64,000 nt of DNA, taken from Escherichia coli (GTDB lineage Bacteria; Pseudomonadota; Gammaproteobacteria; Enterobacterales; Enterobacteriaceae). This document shows, in pieces, positions 32,024 to 43,038 of this stretch. Location of the stretch: assembly GCF_003018235.1 (NCBI RefSeq), contig NZ_CP027437.1; one strand, written 5' to 3'. A model generated the notes under the pieces. The model did not search any database. It was not told the DNA's origin and worked only from the letters and a program-made list of their open reading frames with translations. Both the position numbers and the translations under genes were made by a program. How positions within the stretch are numbered: position 1 is the first letter of the stretch; each line of letters starts with the position of its first letter.

Positions 32024-32959
32024 ATGGCTAATCCGCTATATCAGAAACATATCATTTCCATAAACGACCTTAGTCGCGATGACCTTAATCTGGTGCTGGC
32101 GACAGCGGCGAAACTGAAAGCAAACCCGCAACCAGAGCTGTTGAAGCACAAAGTCATTGCCAGCTGTTTCTTCGAAGCTTCTACCCGTACCCGCCTCTCT
32201 TTCGAAACTTCCATGCACCGCCTGGGTGCCAGCGTGGTGGGCTTCTCCGACAGCGCCAATACATCACTGGGTAAAAAGGGCGAAACGCTGGCCGATACCA
32301 TTTCGGTTATCAGCACTTACGTCGATGCGATAGTGATGCGTCATCCGCAGGAAGGTGCGGCGCGCCTGGCCACCGAATTTTCCGGCAATGTACCGGTACT
32401 GAATGCCGGTGATGGCTCCAACCAACATCCGACGCAAACCTTGCTGGACTTATTCACCATTCAGGAAACCCAGGGGCGTCTGGACAATCTCCACGTCGCA
32501 ATGGTTGGTGACCTGAAATATGGCCGCACCGTTCACTCCCTGACTCAGGCGTTAGCGAAGTTCGACGGCAACCGTTTTTACTTCATCGCGCCGGACGCGT
32601 TGGCAATGCCGCAATACATCCTTGATATGCTCGATGAAAAAGGGATCGCCTGGAGTCTGCACAGCTCTATTGAAGAAGTGATGGCGGAAGTAGACATCCT
32701 GTACATGACTCGCGTGCAAAAAGAGCGTCTGGACCCGTCCGAGTACGCCAACGTGAAAGCGCAGTTTGTTCTTCGCGCCAGCGATCTCCACAACGCCAAA
32801 GCCAATATGAAAGTGCTGCATCCGCTGCCGCGTGTTGATGAGATTGCCACCGATGTTGATAAAACGCCGCACGCCTGGTACTTCCAGCAGGCAGGCAACG
32901 GGATTTTCGCTCGCCAGGCGTTACTGGCACTGGTTCTGAATCGCGATCTGGTACTGTAA
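32024..32959 (+). CDS. pyrB: Aspartate carbamoyltransferase catalytic subunit
   Basis: Translation [21 protein letters not shown]...; STRTR and HPLP motifs. Confidence 0.95.
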
Positions 32960-32971
32960 GGGGAAATAGAG

Positions 32972-33433
32972 ATGACACACGATAATAAATTGCAGGTTGA
33001 AGCTATTAAACGCGGCACGGTAATTGACCATATCCCCGCCCAGATCGGTTTTAAGCTGTTGAGTTTGTTCAAGCTGACCGAAACGGATCAGCGCATCACC
33101 ATTGGTCTGAACCTGCCTTCTGGCGAGATGGGCCGCAAAGATCTGATCAAAATCGAAAATACCTTTTTGAGTGAAGATCAAGTAGACCAACTGGCATTGT
33201 ATGCACCGCAAGCCACGGTTAACCGTATCGACAACTATGAAGTGGTGGGTAAATCGCGCCCAAGTCTGCCGGAGCGCATCGACAATGTGCTGGTCTGCCC
33301 GAACAGCAACTGTATCAGCCATGCCGAACCGGTTTCATCCAGCTTTGCCGTGCGAAAACGCGCCAATGACATCGCGCTCAAATGCAAATACTGTGAAAAA
33401 GAGTTTTCTCATAATGTGGTGCTGGCCAATTAA
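32972..33433 (+). CDS. pyrI: Aspartate carbamoyltransferase regulatory subunit
   Basis: Translation [24 protein letters not shown]... with C-terminal zinc-binding cysteines. Confidence 0.95.
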
Positions 33434-33505
33434 TTGCGGTTGGTAATAAAAGTCTGGCTCCCTATAATGAGCCAGACTTTTTACCGCTGTAATAAAGGAG
33501 AAATC

Positions 33506-33892
33506 ATGAGCAAAACTATCGCGACGGAAAATGCACCGGCAGCTATCGGTCCTTACGTACAGGGCGTTGATCTGGGCAATATGATCATCACCTCCGGTCA
33601 GATCCCGGTAAATCCGAAAACGGGCGAAGTACCGGCAGACGTCGCTGCACAGGCACGTCAGTCGCTGGATAACGTAAAAGCGATCGTCGAAGCCGCAGGC
33701 CTGAAAGTGGGCGACATCGTTAAAACCACCGTGTTTGTGAAAGATCTGAACGACTTCGCAACCGTTAATGCTACCTACGAAGCCTTCTTCACCGAACACA
33801 ATGCCACCTTCCCGGCACGTTCTTGCGTTGAAGTTGCCCGTCTGCCGAAAGACGTGAAGATTGAGATCGAAGCGATCGCTGTTCGTCGCTAA
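33506..33892 (+). CDS. ridA: 2-iminobutanoate/2-iminopropanoate deaminase RidA (YjgF)
   Basis: Translation MSKTIATENAPAAIGPYVQGV... Confidence 0.92.
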   Translation: MSKTIATENAPAAIGPYVQGVDLGNMIITSGQIPVNPKTGEVPADVAAQARQSLDNVKAIVEAAGLKVGDIVKTTVFVKDLNDFATVNATYEAFFTEHNATFPARSCVEVARLPKDVKIEIEAIAVRR

Positions 33893-33946
33893 TCTTGACG
33901 GAAATCCGGGCTATCATGCCCGGATTAAGTCTGATGACAAAAGCAA

Positions 33947-35259
<1,313 letters not shown>

Positions 35260-35377
35260 GTGATTCCTGCAATTTATTGAATTTGTAGGCCGGATTGGGC
35301 GTTTACGCCGCATCCGGCATGAACAAAGCTCACTTTGTCTGCAATCTGAATCCGGGCCACCATGCCCAGTTTATTCT

Positions 35378-38074
35378 TTACTGCCAGCCGTAACGACGGC
35401 TATAGAACCCTTTCACCAACTGGGTTAACGTCATATACCCTGCCAGAATCGCAACCAGCCACGGGAAATAGCTTAACGGCAGCGCCTGCAGCTGCAGATA
35501 ACTGGCCAGCGGTGAAAACGGCAATGCGATCCCGACAATCATCACGATCACGGTCATGATCATTAACGGCCACGATGCACAGCTCTGAATAAACGGTACA
35601 CGACGGGTGCGGATCATATGCACAATCAGCGTTTGCGACAGTAAGCCCACCACAAACCAGCCCGACTGGAACAGCGTTTGCGTTTCCGGCGTGTTGGCAT
35701 GGAATACCCACCACATCAGGCAAAACGTCAGAATATCGAAGATCGAGCTGATCGGTCCGAAGAAGATCATAAAGCGCCCCAGATCCGCCGGATTCCAACG
35801 CTGCGGCTTTTGAATTTGCTCATCGTCGACGTTATCAAACGGGATCGCCACCTGTGACACATCGTACAGCAGGTTCTGAATAAGCAAGTGTAACGGCAAC
35901 ATCGGCAGGAAGGGCAAGAAAGCACTCGCCACCAGCACGCTGAACACATTACCGAAGTTAGAGCTCGCCGTCATTTTGATGTATTTCAGCATGTTGGCGA
36001 AAGTGCGACGTCCCTCAATAACCCCCTCTTCCAGCACCATCAGGCTTTTTTCCAGCAGGATGATATCAGCCGCTTCACGGGCAATATCTACCGCGCCGTC
36101 CACAGAAATGCCGATATCCGCAGCACGTAAGGCGGGCGCATCATTTATACCATCGCCCATAAAGCCAACCACATGCCCTTCGCGCTTCAGTAAGGTCACA
36201 ATGCGTTCTTTATGCATCGGCGTCAGGCGAGCAAACAGCGTGGTGCGCTGTGCGAGATTTGCCAGTTCATCGTCAGATAGCGTTTCAATATCACTACCAA
36301 TGACCACCTCTCCCGCGTCCAGCCCCACTTCATGGCACACTTTCGCTGCAACTAACTCACTGTCGCCAGTAAGGATTTTTACGGTAATGCCACTCGCTTT
36401 TAATGCCTTCAGTGCCGGAGCAGTTGTCTCTTTTGGCGGATCAAGGAAAGCAATATATCCTTCGAGGATCAGGTCGGATTCATCCGCTCGCTGGTAATCG
36501 CCTTCACGCGCTGGCAGGTATTTCGTCGCCACCGCAACCACGCGCAGCCCCTGACGATTCAGCGTATCGGTAACCCGCTTAATCTTACGCAGCATGATGT
36601 CATCGAGTGGTACAATCTCGCCATTGTGACGCACCTGCGAACACACATTGAGGATTTCCTGCAATGCACCTTTGCAAACCAGCTGATGGTGCTCGGTATT
36701 TTCTGCCACTACCACCGACATCCGGCGACGCTCGAAATCAAACGGAATCTCATCAATTTTTTGCCAACGGCTGGCCAGCGAGCGCGCTGACTCTTCATCC
36801 GTACGTTCGAGCACCGCGGTATCAAGCAGGTTTTTAAGTCCGGTCTGGTAATGACTGTTCAACCACGCGCTATGCAGCACGCGTTCGCTGGTTTTACCGG
36901 AGATATCGGTATGATTCTCCAGCACAATTTTGTCCTGCGTCAGGGTGCCGGTTTTATCAGTGCACAGAATATCCATTGCGCCAAAGTTCTGAATGGCATC
37001 CAGATGCTTGACGATCACTTTCTGTTTCGACAGCTTTACTGCGCCGCGCGCCAGCGTCGAGGTAACAATCATCGGCAACATTTCTGGCGTTAAGCCTACC
37101 GCGACCGAAAGCGCAAACAGTGCCGCTTCCCACCAGTCACCTTTGGTGTAACCGTTGATAAGCAACACCACCGGAGCCATCACCAGCATAAAGCGAATCA
37201 GCAGCATACTGACGCGGCTGATCCCTTGCTGAAAGGCATTCGGCTCGCTTTCCTGCTCACTAACACGCCCCGCCAGTTGACCAAACCAAGTGTTGGCTCC
37301 TGTAGCAATCACCATTGCTTGTGCCGTGCCGCTCACCACGGTGGTGCCCATAAAACACAGGGTGTCGCACTCCAGCGGATTGCTGTGCTCCGGCTGGCGA
37401 GTGGTTGCAGCTTTTTCTACGGGCAGAGACTCGCCGGTTAACGACGCCTGAGCGACGAACAGATCCCGCGCCTGCAAGATACGTAAATCTGCCGGGATCA
37501 TATCTCCCGCCGCCAGTTTTATAATATCGCCGGGCACCAGCTGGTCGATCGGGATCTCCAGCCAGCCATTTTCGCCTTTGTCGTTAATTACGCGCAGCAC
37601 CGTCGCGGTATTGCTGACCATCGCTTTCAGGGCATCTGCCGCTTTAGTGGAACGTGCTTCCTGAATAAAGTTCAGCAACGTAGAAATAGCGACCATTAGC
37701 GCGATAACACCCGCGGCAAATAAATCTTCCGTGGCGTAAGAAATAGCGCCGAGAATGGTGAGTAAAATATTAAAGGGGTTGCGATAGCAGACCCATAAAT
37801 GAACCCACCACGGCGACGGTTGTTGTGCGGGTAATTTATTTTCACCATGTTGTTCGCGGGCAGATTCCACTTCCGCCTGATTTAATCCTTCCGGATGGGT
37901 GTCGAACGTTTTCCACAATTCTTCTTCGGGCATCACCGCCATTTTCAGGCAATGCGCACTTAAGGACGGCGGGACCGCCGTATTCACTGTCTGCTGCGCG
38001 CCAGGCAATGGATCGCGATGAACCAGACGGGAAGGTAAATGGCGAATGAACCGGGTAAAAATTTCTTTAAACAT
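35378..38074 (-). CDS. mgtA: Magnesium-importing P-type ATPase
   Basis: 898-aa ORF with P-type ATPase motifs DKTGTLT and GDGINDAPAL. Confidence 0.95.
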   Translation of the reverse strand: MFKEIFTRFIRHLPSRLVHRDPLPGAQQTVNTAVPPSLSAHCLKMAVMPEEELWKTFDTHPEGLNQAEVESAREQHGENKLPAQQPSPWWVHLWVCYRNPFNILLTILGAISYATEDLFAAGVIALMVAISTLLNFIQEARSTKAADALKAMVSNTATVLRVINDKGENGWLEIPIDQLVPGDIIKLAAGDMIPADLRILQARDLFVAQASLTGESLPVEKAATTRQPEHSNPLECDTLCFMGTTVVSGTAQAMVIATGANTWFGQLAGRVSEQESEPNAFQQGISRVSMLLIRFMLVMAPVVLLINGYTKGDWWEAALFALSVAVGLTPEMLPMIVTSTLARGAVKLSKQKVIVKHLDAIQNFGAMDILCTDKTGTLTQDKIVLENHTDISGKTSERVLHSAWLNSHYQTGLKNLLDTAVLERTDEESARSLASRWQKIDEIPFDFERRRMSVVVAENTEHHQLVCKGALQEILNVCSQVRHNGEIVPLDDIMLRKIKRVTDTLNRQGLRVVAVATKYLPAREGDYQRADESDLILEGYIAFLDPPKETTAPALKALKASGITVKILTGDSELVAAKVCHEVGLDAGEVVIGSDIETLSDDELANLAQRTTLFARLTPMHKERIVTLLKREGHVVGFMGDGINDAPALRAADIGISVDGAVDIAREAADIILLEKSLMVLEEGVIEGRRTFANMLKYIKMTASSNFGNVFSVLVASAFLPFLPMLPLHLLIQNLLYDVSQVAIPFDNVDDEQIQKPQRWNPADLGRFMIFFGPISSIFDILTFCLMWWVFHANTPETQTLFQSGWFVVGLLSQTLIVHMIRTRRVPFIQSCASWPLMIMTVIVMIVGIALPFSPLASYLQLQALPLSYFPWLVAILAGYMTLTQLVKGFYSRRYGWQ

Positions 38075-38214
38075 AAGGAGTCCCTCCGCACTGTCTGAAA
38101 CAGTACAGAAATGTCTTCAGGCGTGGCGAAGCCTTACCTGAAGGTAATAAAGCTGAGCAGGGACGTTAAAACGTCACGGCCTTACGCATCCGGTAACGCC
38201 GTGAAAAGACGGGC
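38075..38214 (-). promoter_or_regulatory. mgtA leader (Mg2+/proline-responsive region downstream of mgtL)
   Basis: Position between mgtL and mgtA start; assignment from established knowledge of the mgtA leader. Confidence 0.5.
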
Positions 38215-38268
38215 TTACCGGAAAAGTTTTAATCTCCGTCGAGGGAGAGGCGTGGGATCAGGTTCCAT
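38215..38268 (-). CDS. mgtL: mgtA leader peptide
   Basis: 17-aa proline-rich translation [17 protein letters not shown] upstream of mgtA. Confidence 0.8.
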
Positions 38269-38452
38269 ATAACCTCCGGTAAGTGAAAAAAGCGCCGCAA
38301 ATAATAAGGAGAATCCAATAATATTCGTAGCATCTATGGCGATATAATACCTGCTGGCAACTAAACCAACGATAAACCAGACTTTACCCATTGCTGAATG
38401 CACGGGTAAAGTTAGGCTCAAATAATTAAACAACACGTTACGGGACAACAGG

Positions 38453-39400
38453 ATGCAAAATCGGCTGACCATCAAAGACATCGCGCGCTTAAGCGGCGTG
38501 GGGAAATCTACGGTTTCCCGGGTGCTGAATAACGAAAGCGGCGTGAGCCAGCGCACGCGCGAGCGTGTTGAAGCAGTGATGAATCAGCATGGATTTTCCC
38601 CTTCCCGCTCTGCGCGCGCTATGCGTGGGCAAAGCGATAAAGTGGTCGCCATCATTGTTACCCGTCTGGATTCGTTGTCAGAAAATCTCGCCGTTCAAAC
38701 CATGCTGCCAGCGTTCTATGAACAAGGTTACGATCCAATCATGATGGAAAGTCAGTTTTCCCCGCAATTAGTTGCCGAACATTTGGGGGTGCTGAAACGG
38801 CGTAATATCGACGGCGTAGTGCTGTTCGGTTTTACCGGCATAACAGAAGAAATGTTAGCCCACTGGCAGTCATCGCTGGTTCTGCTGGCGCGTGACGCAA
38901 AAGGCTTTGCTTCGGTCTGTTATGACGACGAAGGGGCAATCAAGATCCTGATGCAACGGCTGTATGACCAGGGACATCGTAATATCAGTTATCTCGGCGT
39001 GCCGCACAGTGACGTGACGACCGGTAAGCGACGTCACGAAGCCTACCTGGCGTTCTGCAAAGCGCATAAACTGCATCCCGTTGCCGCCCTGCCAGGCCTT
39101 GCTATGAAGCAAGGCTATGAGAACGTAGCAAAAGTGATTACGCCTGAAACTACCGCCTTACTGTGCGCAACCGACACGCTGGCACTTGGTGCAAGTAAAT
39201 ACCTGCAAGAGCAACGCATCGACACCTTGCAACTGGCGAGCGTCGGTAATACGCCGTTAATGAAATTCCTCCATCCGGAGATCGTCACCGTAGATCCTGG
39301 TTACGCCGAAGCTGGACGCCAGGCGGCCTGCCAGTTGATCGCGCAGGTAACCGGGCGCAGCGAACCGCAACAAATCATCATCCCCGCCACCCTGTCCTGA
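38453..39400 (+). CDS. treR: Trehalose operon repressor (LacI family)
   Basis: N-terminal HTH LTIKDIARLSGVGKSTVSRVLNN. Confidence 0.92.
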   Translation: MQNRLTIKDIARLSGVGKSTVSRVLNNESGVSQRTRERVEAVMNQHGFSPSRSARAMRGQSDKVVAIIVTRLDSLSENLAVQTMLPAFYEQGYDPIMMESQFSPQLVAEHLGVLKRRNIDGVVLFGFTGITEEMLAHWQSSLVLLARDAKGFASVCYDDEGAIKILMQRLYDQGHRNISYLGVPHSDVTTGKRRHEAYLAFCKAHKLHPVAALPGLAMKQGYENVAKVITPETTALLCATDTLALGASKYLQEQRIDTLQLASVGNTPLMKFLHPEIVTVDPGYAEAGRQAACQLIAQVTGRSEPQQIIIPATLS

Positions 39401-39518
39401 TCGTTTCCTGAACGATAAATTGTGATCTTCGCTGCGTTTCGGGAACGTTCCCGTTTTTAAATTTTTCCGCGCAATATATTCTGCAGCCAACCAAAAATGT
39501 CATCTGCCATGGGGCTTT

Positions 39519-40940
39519 ATGATGAGCAAAATAAACCAAACGGATATCGATCGGTTGATTGAACTGGTCGGCGGGCGCGGCAATATTGCGACGGTGAGCC
39601 ACTGTATTACTCGCCTGCGCTTTGTCCTCAACCAACCGGCCAATGCCAGACCGAAAGAAATTGAGCAACTCCCCATGGTGAAAGGCTGTTTCACCAATGC
39701 CGGGCAATTTCAGGTGGTGATTGGCACCAACGTGGGTGATTACTATCAAGCACTGATTGCGTCAACCGGACAGGCGCAGGTTGATAAAGAGCAGGTAAAA
39801 AAAGCCGCACGGCAGAATATGAAATGGCATGAGCAGTTGATCTCTCATTTCGCGGAGATCTTCTTCCCGTTGCTGCCCGCGCTGATTAGCGGCGGTTTGA
39901 TCCTCGGGTTTCGCAATGTGATCGGCGATTTGCCCATGAGCAACGGTCAAACGCTGGCGCAAATGTACCCTTCCCTGCAAACGATCTACGATTTTCTGTG
40001 GTTGATCGGTGAAGCGATCTTCTTCTACCTGCCGGTCGGGATTTGCTGGTCAGCGGTGAAAAAAATGGGCGGCACGCCGATCCTTGGTATCGTGCTTGGC
40101 GTAACGCTGGTTTCTCCACAGCTGATGAACGCTTATCTGCTCGGGCAGCAGCTGCCAGAAGTGTGGGACTTTGGCATGTTCAGCATCGCCAAAGTGGGCT
40201 ATCAGGCGCAGGTGATCCCGGCACTGTTAGCCGGGCTGGCGCTGGGCGTTATTGAAACTCGCCTTAAACGCATCGTGCCGGATTACCTCTATCTGGTGGT
40301 GGTGCCCGTCTGTTCGCTGATCCTCGCGGTGTTCCTCGCCCATGCGCTGATTGGTCCGTTTGGTCGCATGATTGGCGATGGCGTTGCCTTTGCGGTACGT
40401 CACCTGATGACCGGCAGCTTTGCTCCGATTGGCGCGGCATTGTTTGGCTTCCTGTACGCCCCACTGGTGATCACCGGCGTACACCAGACCACGCTTGCTA
40501 TTGATTTGCAGATGATTCAAAGCATGGGTGGCACGCCAGTGTGGCCGCTGATTGCACTGTCGAATATCGCTCAGGGCTCCGCCGTGATAGGTATTATCAT
40601 TTCCAGCCGCAAGCACAATGAACGCGAGATCTCCGTGCCTGCCGCTATCTCCGCCTGGCTTGGAGTCACTGAGCCTGCTATGTACGGCATCAACCTGAAA
40701 TATCGCTTCCCGATGCTGTGCGCGATGATTGGTTCTGGTCTGGCAGGATTGCTATGCGGCCTGAACGGCGTTATGGCGAATGGCATCGGCGTAGGCGGCC
40801 TGCCGGGAATTCTCTCGATTCAACCGAGCTACTGGCAGGTGTTTGCGCTGGCAATGGCTATCGCCATCATCATCCCGATTGTACTCACCTCGTTTATCTA
40901 TCAGCGGAAATACCGCCTGGGCACGCTGGACATTGTTTAA
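39519..40940 (+). CDS. treB: PTS trehalose-specific EIIBC component
   Basis: EIIB motif CITRLR followed by a polytopic EIIC domain. Confidence 0.92.
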   Translation: MMSKINQTDIDRLIELVGGRGNIATVSHCITRLRFVLNQPANARPKEIEQLPMVKGCFTNAGQFQVVIGTNVGDYYQALIASTGQAQVDKEQVKKAARQNMKWHEQLISHFAEIFFPLLPALISGGLILGFRNVIGDLPMSNGQTLAQMYPSLQTIYDFLWLIGEAIFFYLPVGICWSAVKKMGGTPILGIVLGVTLVSPQLMNAYLLGQQLPEVWDFGMFSIAKVGYQAQVIPALLAGLALGVIETRLKRIVPDYLYLVVVPVCSLILAVFLAHALIGPFGRMIGDGVAFAVRHLMTGSFAPIGAALFGFLYAPLVITGVHQTTLAIDLQMIQSMGGTPVWPLIALSNIAQGSAVIGIIISSRKHNEREISVPAAISAWLGVTEPAMYGINLKYRFPMLCAMIGSGLAGLLCGLNGVMANGIGVGGLPGILSIQPSYWQVFALAMAIAIIIPIVLTSFIYQRKYRLGTLDIV

Positions 40941-40989
40941 TTTTCTTCGGGGCGCAATTGCGCCCCCTCGCATTTGCAGGAATAACGTA

Positions 40990-42645
40990 ATGACTCATCT
41001 TCCCCACTGGTGGCAAAACGGCGTTATCTACCAGATTTATCCAAAAAGTTTTCAGGACACCACGGGTAGCGGCACCGGCGATTTACGTGGCGTTATCCAA
41101 CGCCTGGATTATCTGCATAAACTGGGCGTTGATGCCATCTGGCTAACCCCCTTTTATGTCTCTCCCCAGGTCGATAACGGTTACGACGTAGCGAATTATA
41201 CGGCGATTGATCCCACCTATGGCACGCTGGACGATTTTGACGAACTGGTGACACAGGCAAAATCGCGCGGGATTCGTATCATTCTCGATATGGTGTTTAA
41301 CCATACCTCTACCCAACATGCCTGGTTTCGCGAGGCGCTGAACAAAGCAAGCCCTTACCGCCAGTTTTATATCTGGCGCGATGGAGAACCAGAAACACCA
41401 CCGAACAACTGGCGTTCAAAATTTGGCGGTAGTGCGTGGCGCTGGCATGCGGAAAGCGAACAGTACTATTTGCATCTCTTTGCACCAGAACAGGCGGATC
41501 TCAACTGGGAGAATCCAGCGGTACGCGCAGAGCTGAAAAAAGTCTGTGAGTTCTGGGCCGATCGTGGGGTCGACGGGTTGCGCCTGGATGTGGTGAATCT
41601 GATCTCCAAAGATCCGCGTTACCCTGAAGACCAGGATGGCGACGGGCGTCGCTTCTACACCGACGGGCCACGAGCACACGAGTTTTTGCACGAGATGAAC
41701 CGCGATGTGTTTACGCCACGCGGGTTAATGACCGTAGGTGAAATGTCCTCCACCAGCCTTGAGCATTGCCAGCGATACGCGGCTCTGACAGGCAGTGAAT
41801 TGTCGATGACCTTTAATTTTCATCACCTGAAGGTCGATTATCCCGGTGGTGAGAAATGGACGCTGGCTAAACCTGACTTTGTGGCGTTGAAAACATTGTT
41901 CCGCCACTGGCAACAAGGAATGCACAACGTGGCATGGAATGCCTTGTTCTGGTGTAACCACGATCAGCCGCGCATTGTTTCTCGCTTTGGTGATGAAGGT
42001 GAATACCGCGTGCCTGCGGCAAAAATGCTGGCGATGGTGCTGCATGGCATGCAGGGAACGCCGTATATCTACCAGGGCGAAGAGATTGGCATGACCAACC
42101 CGCATTTCACGCGCATTACTGACTATCGCGACGTGGAGAGCCTCAATATGTTTGCCGAGCTGCGCAACGATGGGCGTGATGCCGACGAGTTATTGGCAAT
42201 CCTCGCCAGTAAATCCCGTGACAACAGTCGCACACCCATGCAATGGAGCAACGACGATAATGCCGGGTTTACGGCTGGCGAACCGTGGATTGGCCTGGGC
42301 GATAACTATCAACAAATCAACGTAGAAGCCGCGCTGGCCGATGAGTCCTCGGTGTTTTACACCTACCAAAAGTTAATCGCACTGCGTAAGCAAGAAGCCG
42401 TTCTGACATGGGGCGATTACCAGGATCTGCTGCCAAACAGCCCTGTATTGTGGTGCTATCGCCGTGAATGGAAGGGGCAAACCTTACTGGTCATTGCCAA
42501 CCTTAGCCGTGAGACCCAACCCTGGCAGCCAGGGAAAATGCTCGGCAACTGGCAGCTTGTGATGCATAACTACGAAGAAGCCTCACCACAACCCTGTGCC
42601 ATGACTTTACGGCCTTTTGAGGCTGTCTGGTGGTTACAGAAGTAA
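40990..42645 (+). CDS. treC: Trehalose-6-phosphate hydrolase
   Basis: Translation from MTHLPHWWQNGVIYQIYPKSF...; GH13 motifs. Confidence 0.92.
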   Translation: MTHLPHWWQNGVIYQIYPKSFQDTTGSGTGDLRGVIQRLDYLHKLGVDAIWLTPFYVSPQVDNGYDVANYTAIDPTYGTLDDFDELVTQAKSRGIRIILDMVFNHTSTQHAWFREALNKASPYRQFYIWRDGEPETPPNNWRSKFGGSAWRWHAESEQYYLHLFAPEQADLNWENPAVRAELKKVCEFWADRGVDGLRLDVVNLISKDPRYPEDQDGDGRRFYTDGPRAHEFLHEMNRDVFTPRGLMTVGEMSSTSLEHCQRYAALTGSELSMTFNFHHLKVDYPGGEKWTLAKPDFVALKTLFRHWQQGMHNVAWNALFWCNHDQPRIVSRFGDEGEYRVPAAKMLAMVLHGMQGTPYIYQGEEIGMTNPHFTRITDYRDVESLNMFAELRNDGRDADELLAILASKSRDNSRTPMQWSNDDNAGFTAGEPWIGLGDNYQQINVEAALADESSVFYTYQKLIALRKQEAVLTWGDYQDLLPNSPVLWCYRREWKGQTLLVIANLSRETQPWQPGKMLGNWQLVMHNYEEASPQPCAMTLRPFEAVWWLQK

Positions 42646-43038
42646 ATCTTCGCTAAGCCCCGGTAATGCCTGTCATTCCGGGGTTTTGCCTGTCAGTATG
42701 TTGTTTTTGTTGATTTTATAATCAAAAAATTCATTAAAAAATTTACATATCGCTGTAGCGCCCGTCATCCGTACGCTCTGCTTTTTACTTTGAGCTACAT
42801 CAAAAAAAGTTCAAACATCCTTGATGCAAAGCACTATATATAGACTTTAAAATGCGTCCCAACCCAATATGTTGTATTAATCGACTATAATTGCTACTAC
42901 AGCTCCCCACGAAAAAGGTGCGGCGTTGTGGATAAGCGGATGGCGATTGCGGAAAGCACCGGAAAACGAAACAAAAAAACCGGAAAACGTCTTTCCCAAT
43001 TTCTGTGGATAACCTGTTCTTAAAAATATGGAGCGATC

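Noticed and set aside
33904-33927. Hairpin aatccgggctatcatgcccggatt after ridA as a terminator
   Set aside because: Perfect stem but no following T-run; probably part of the REP/BIME context, so not called as a terminator.
35976-36497. 173-aa ORF on the plus strand
   Set aside because: Antisense within mgtA.
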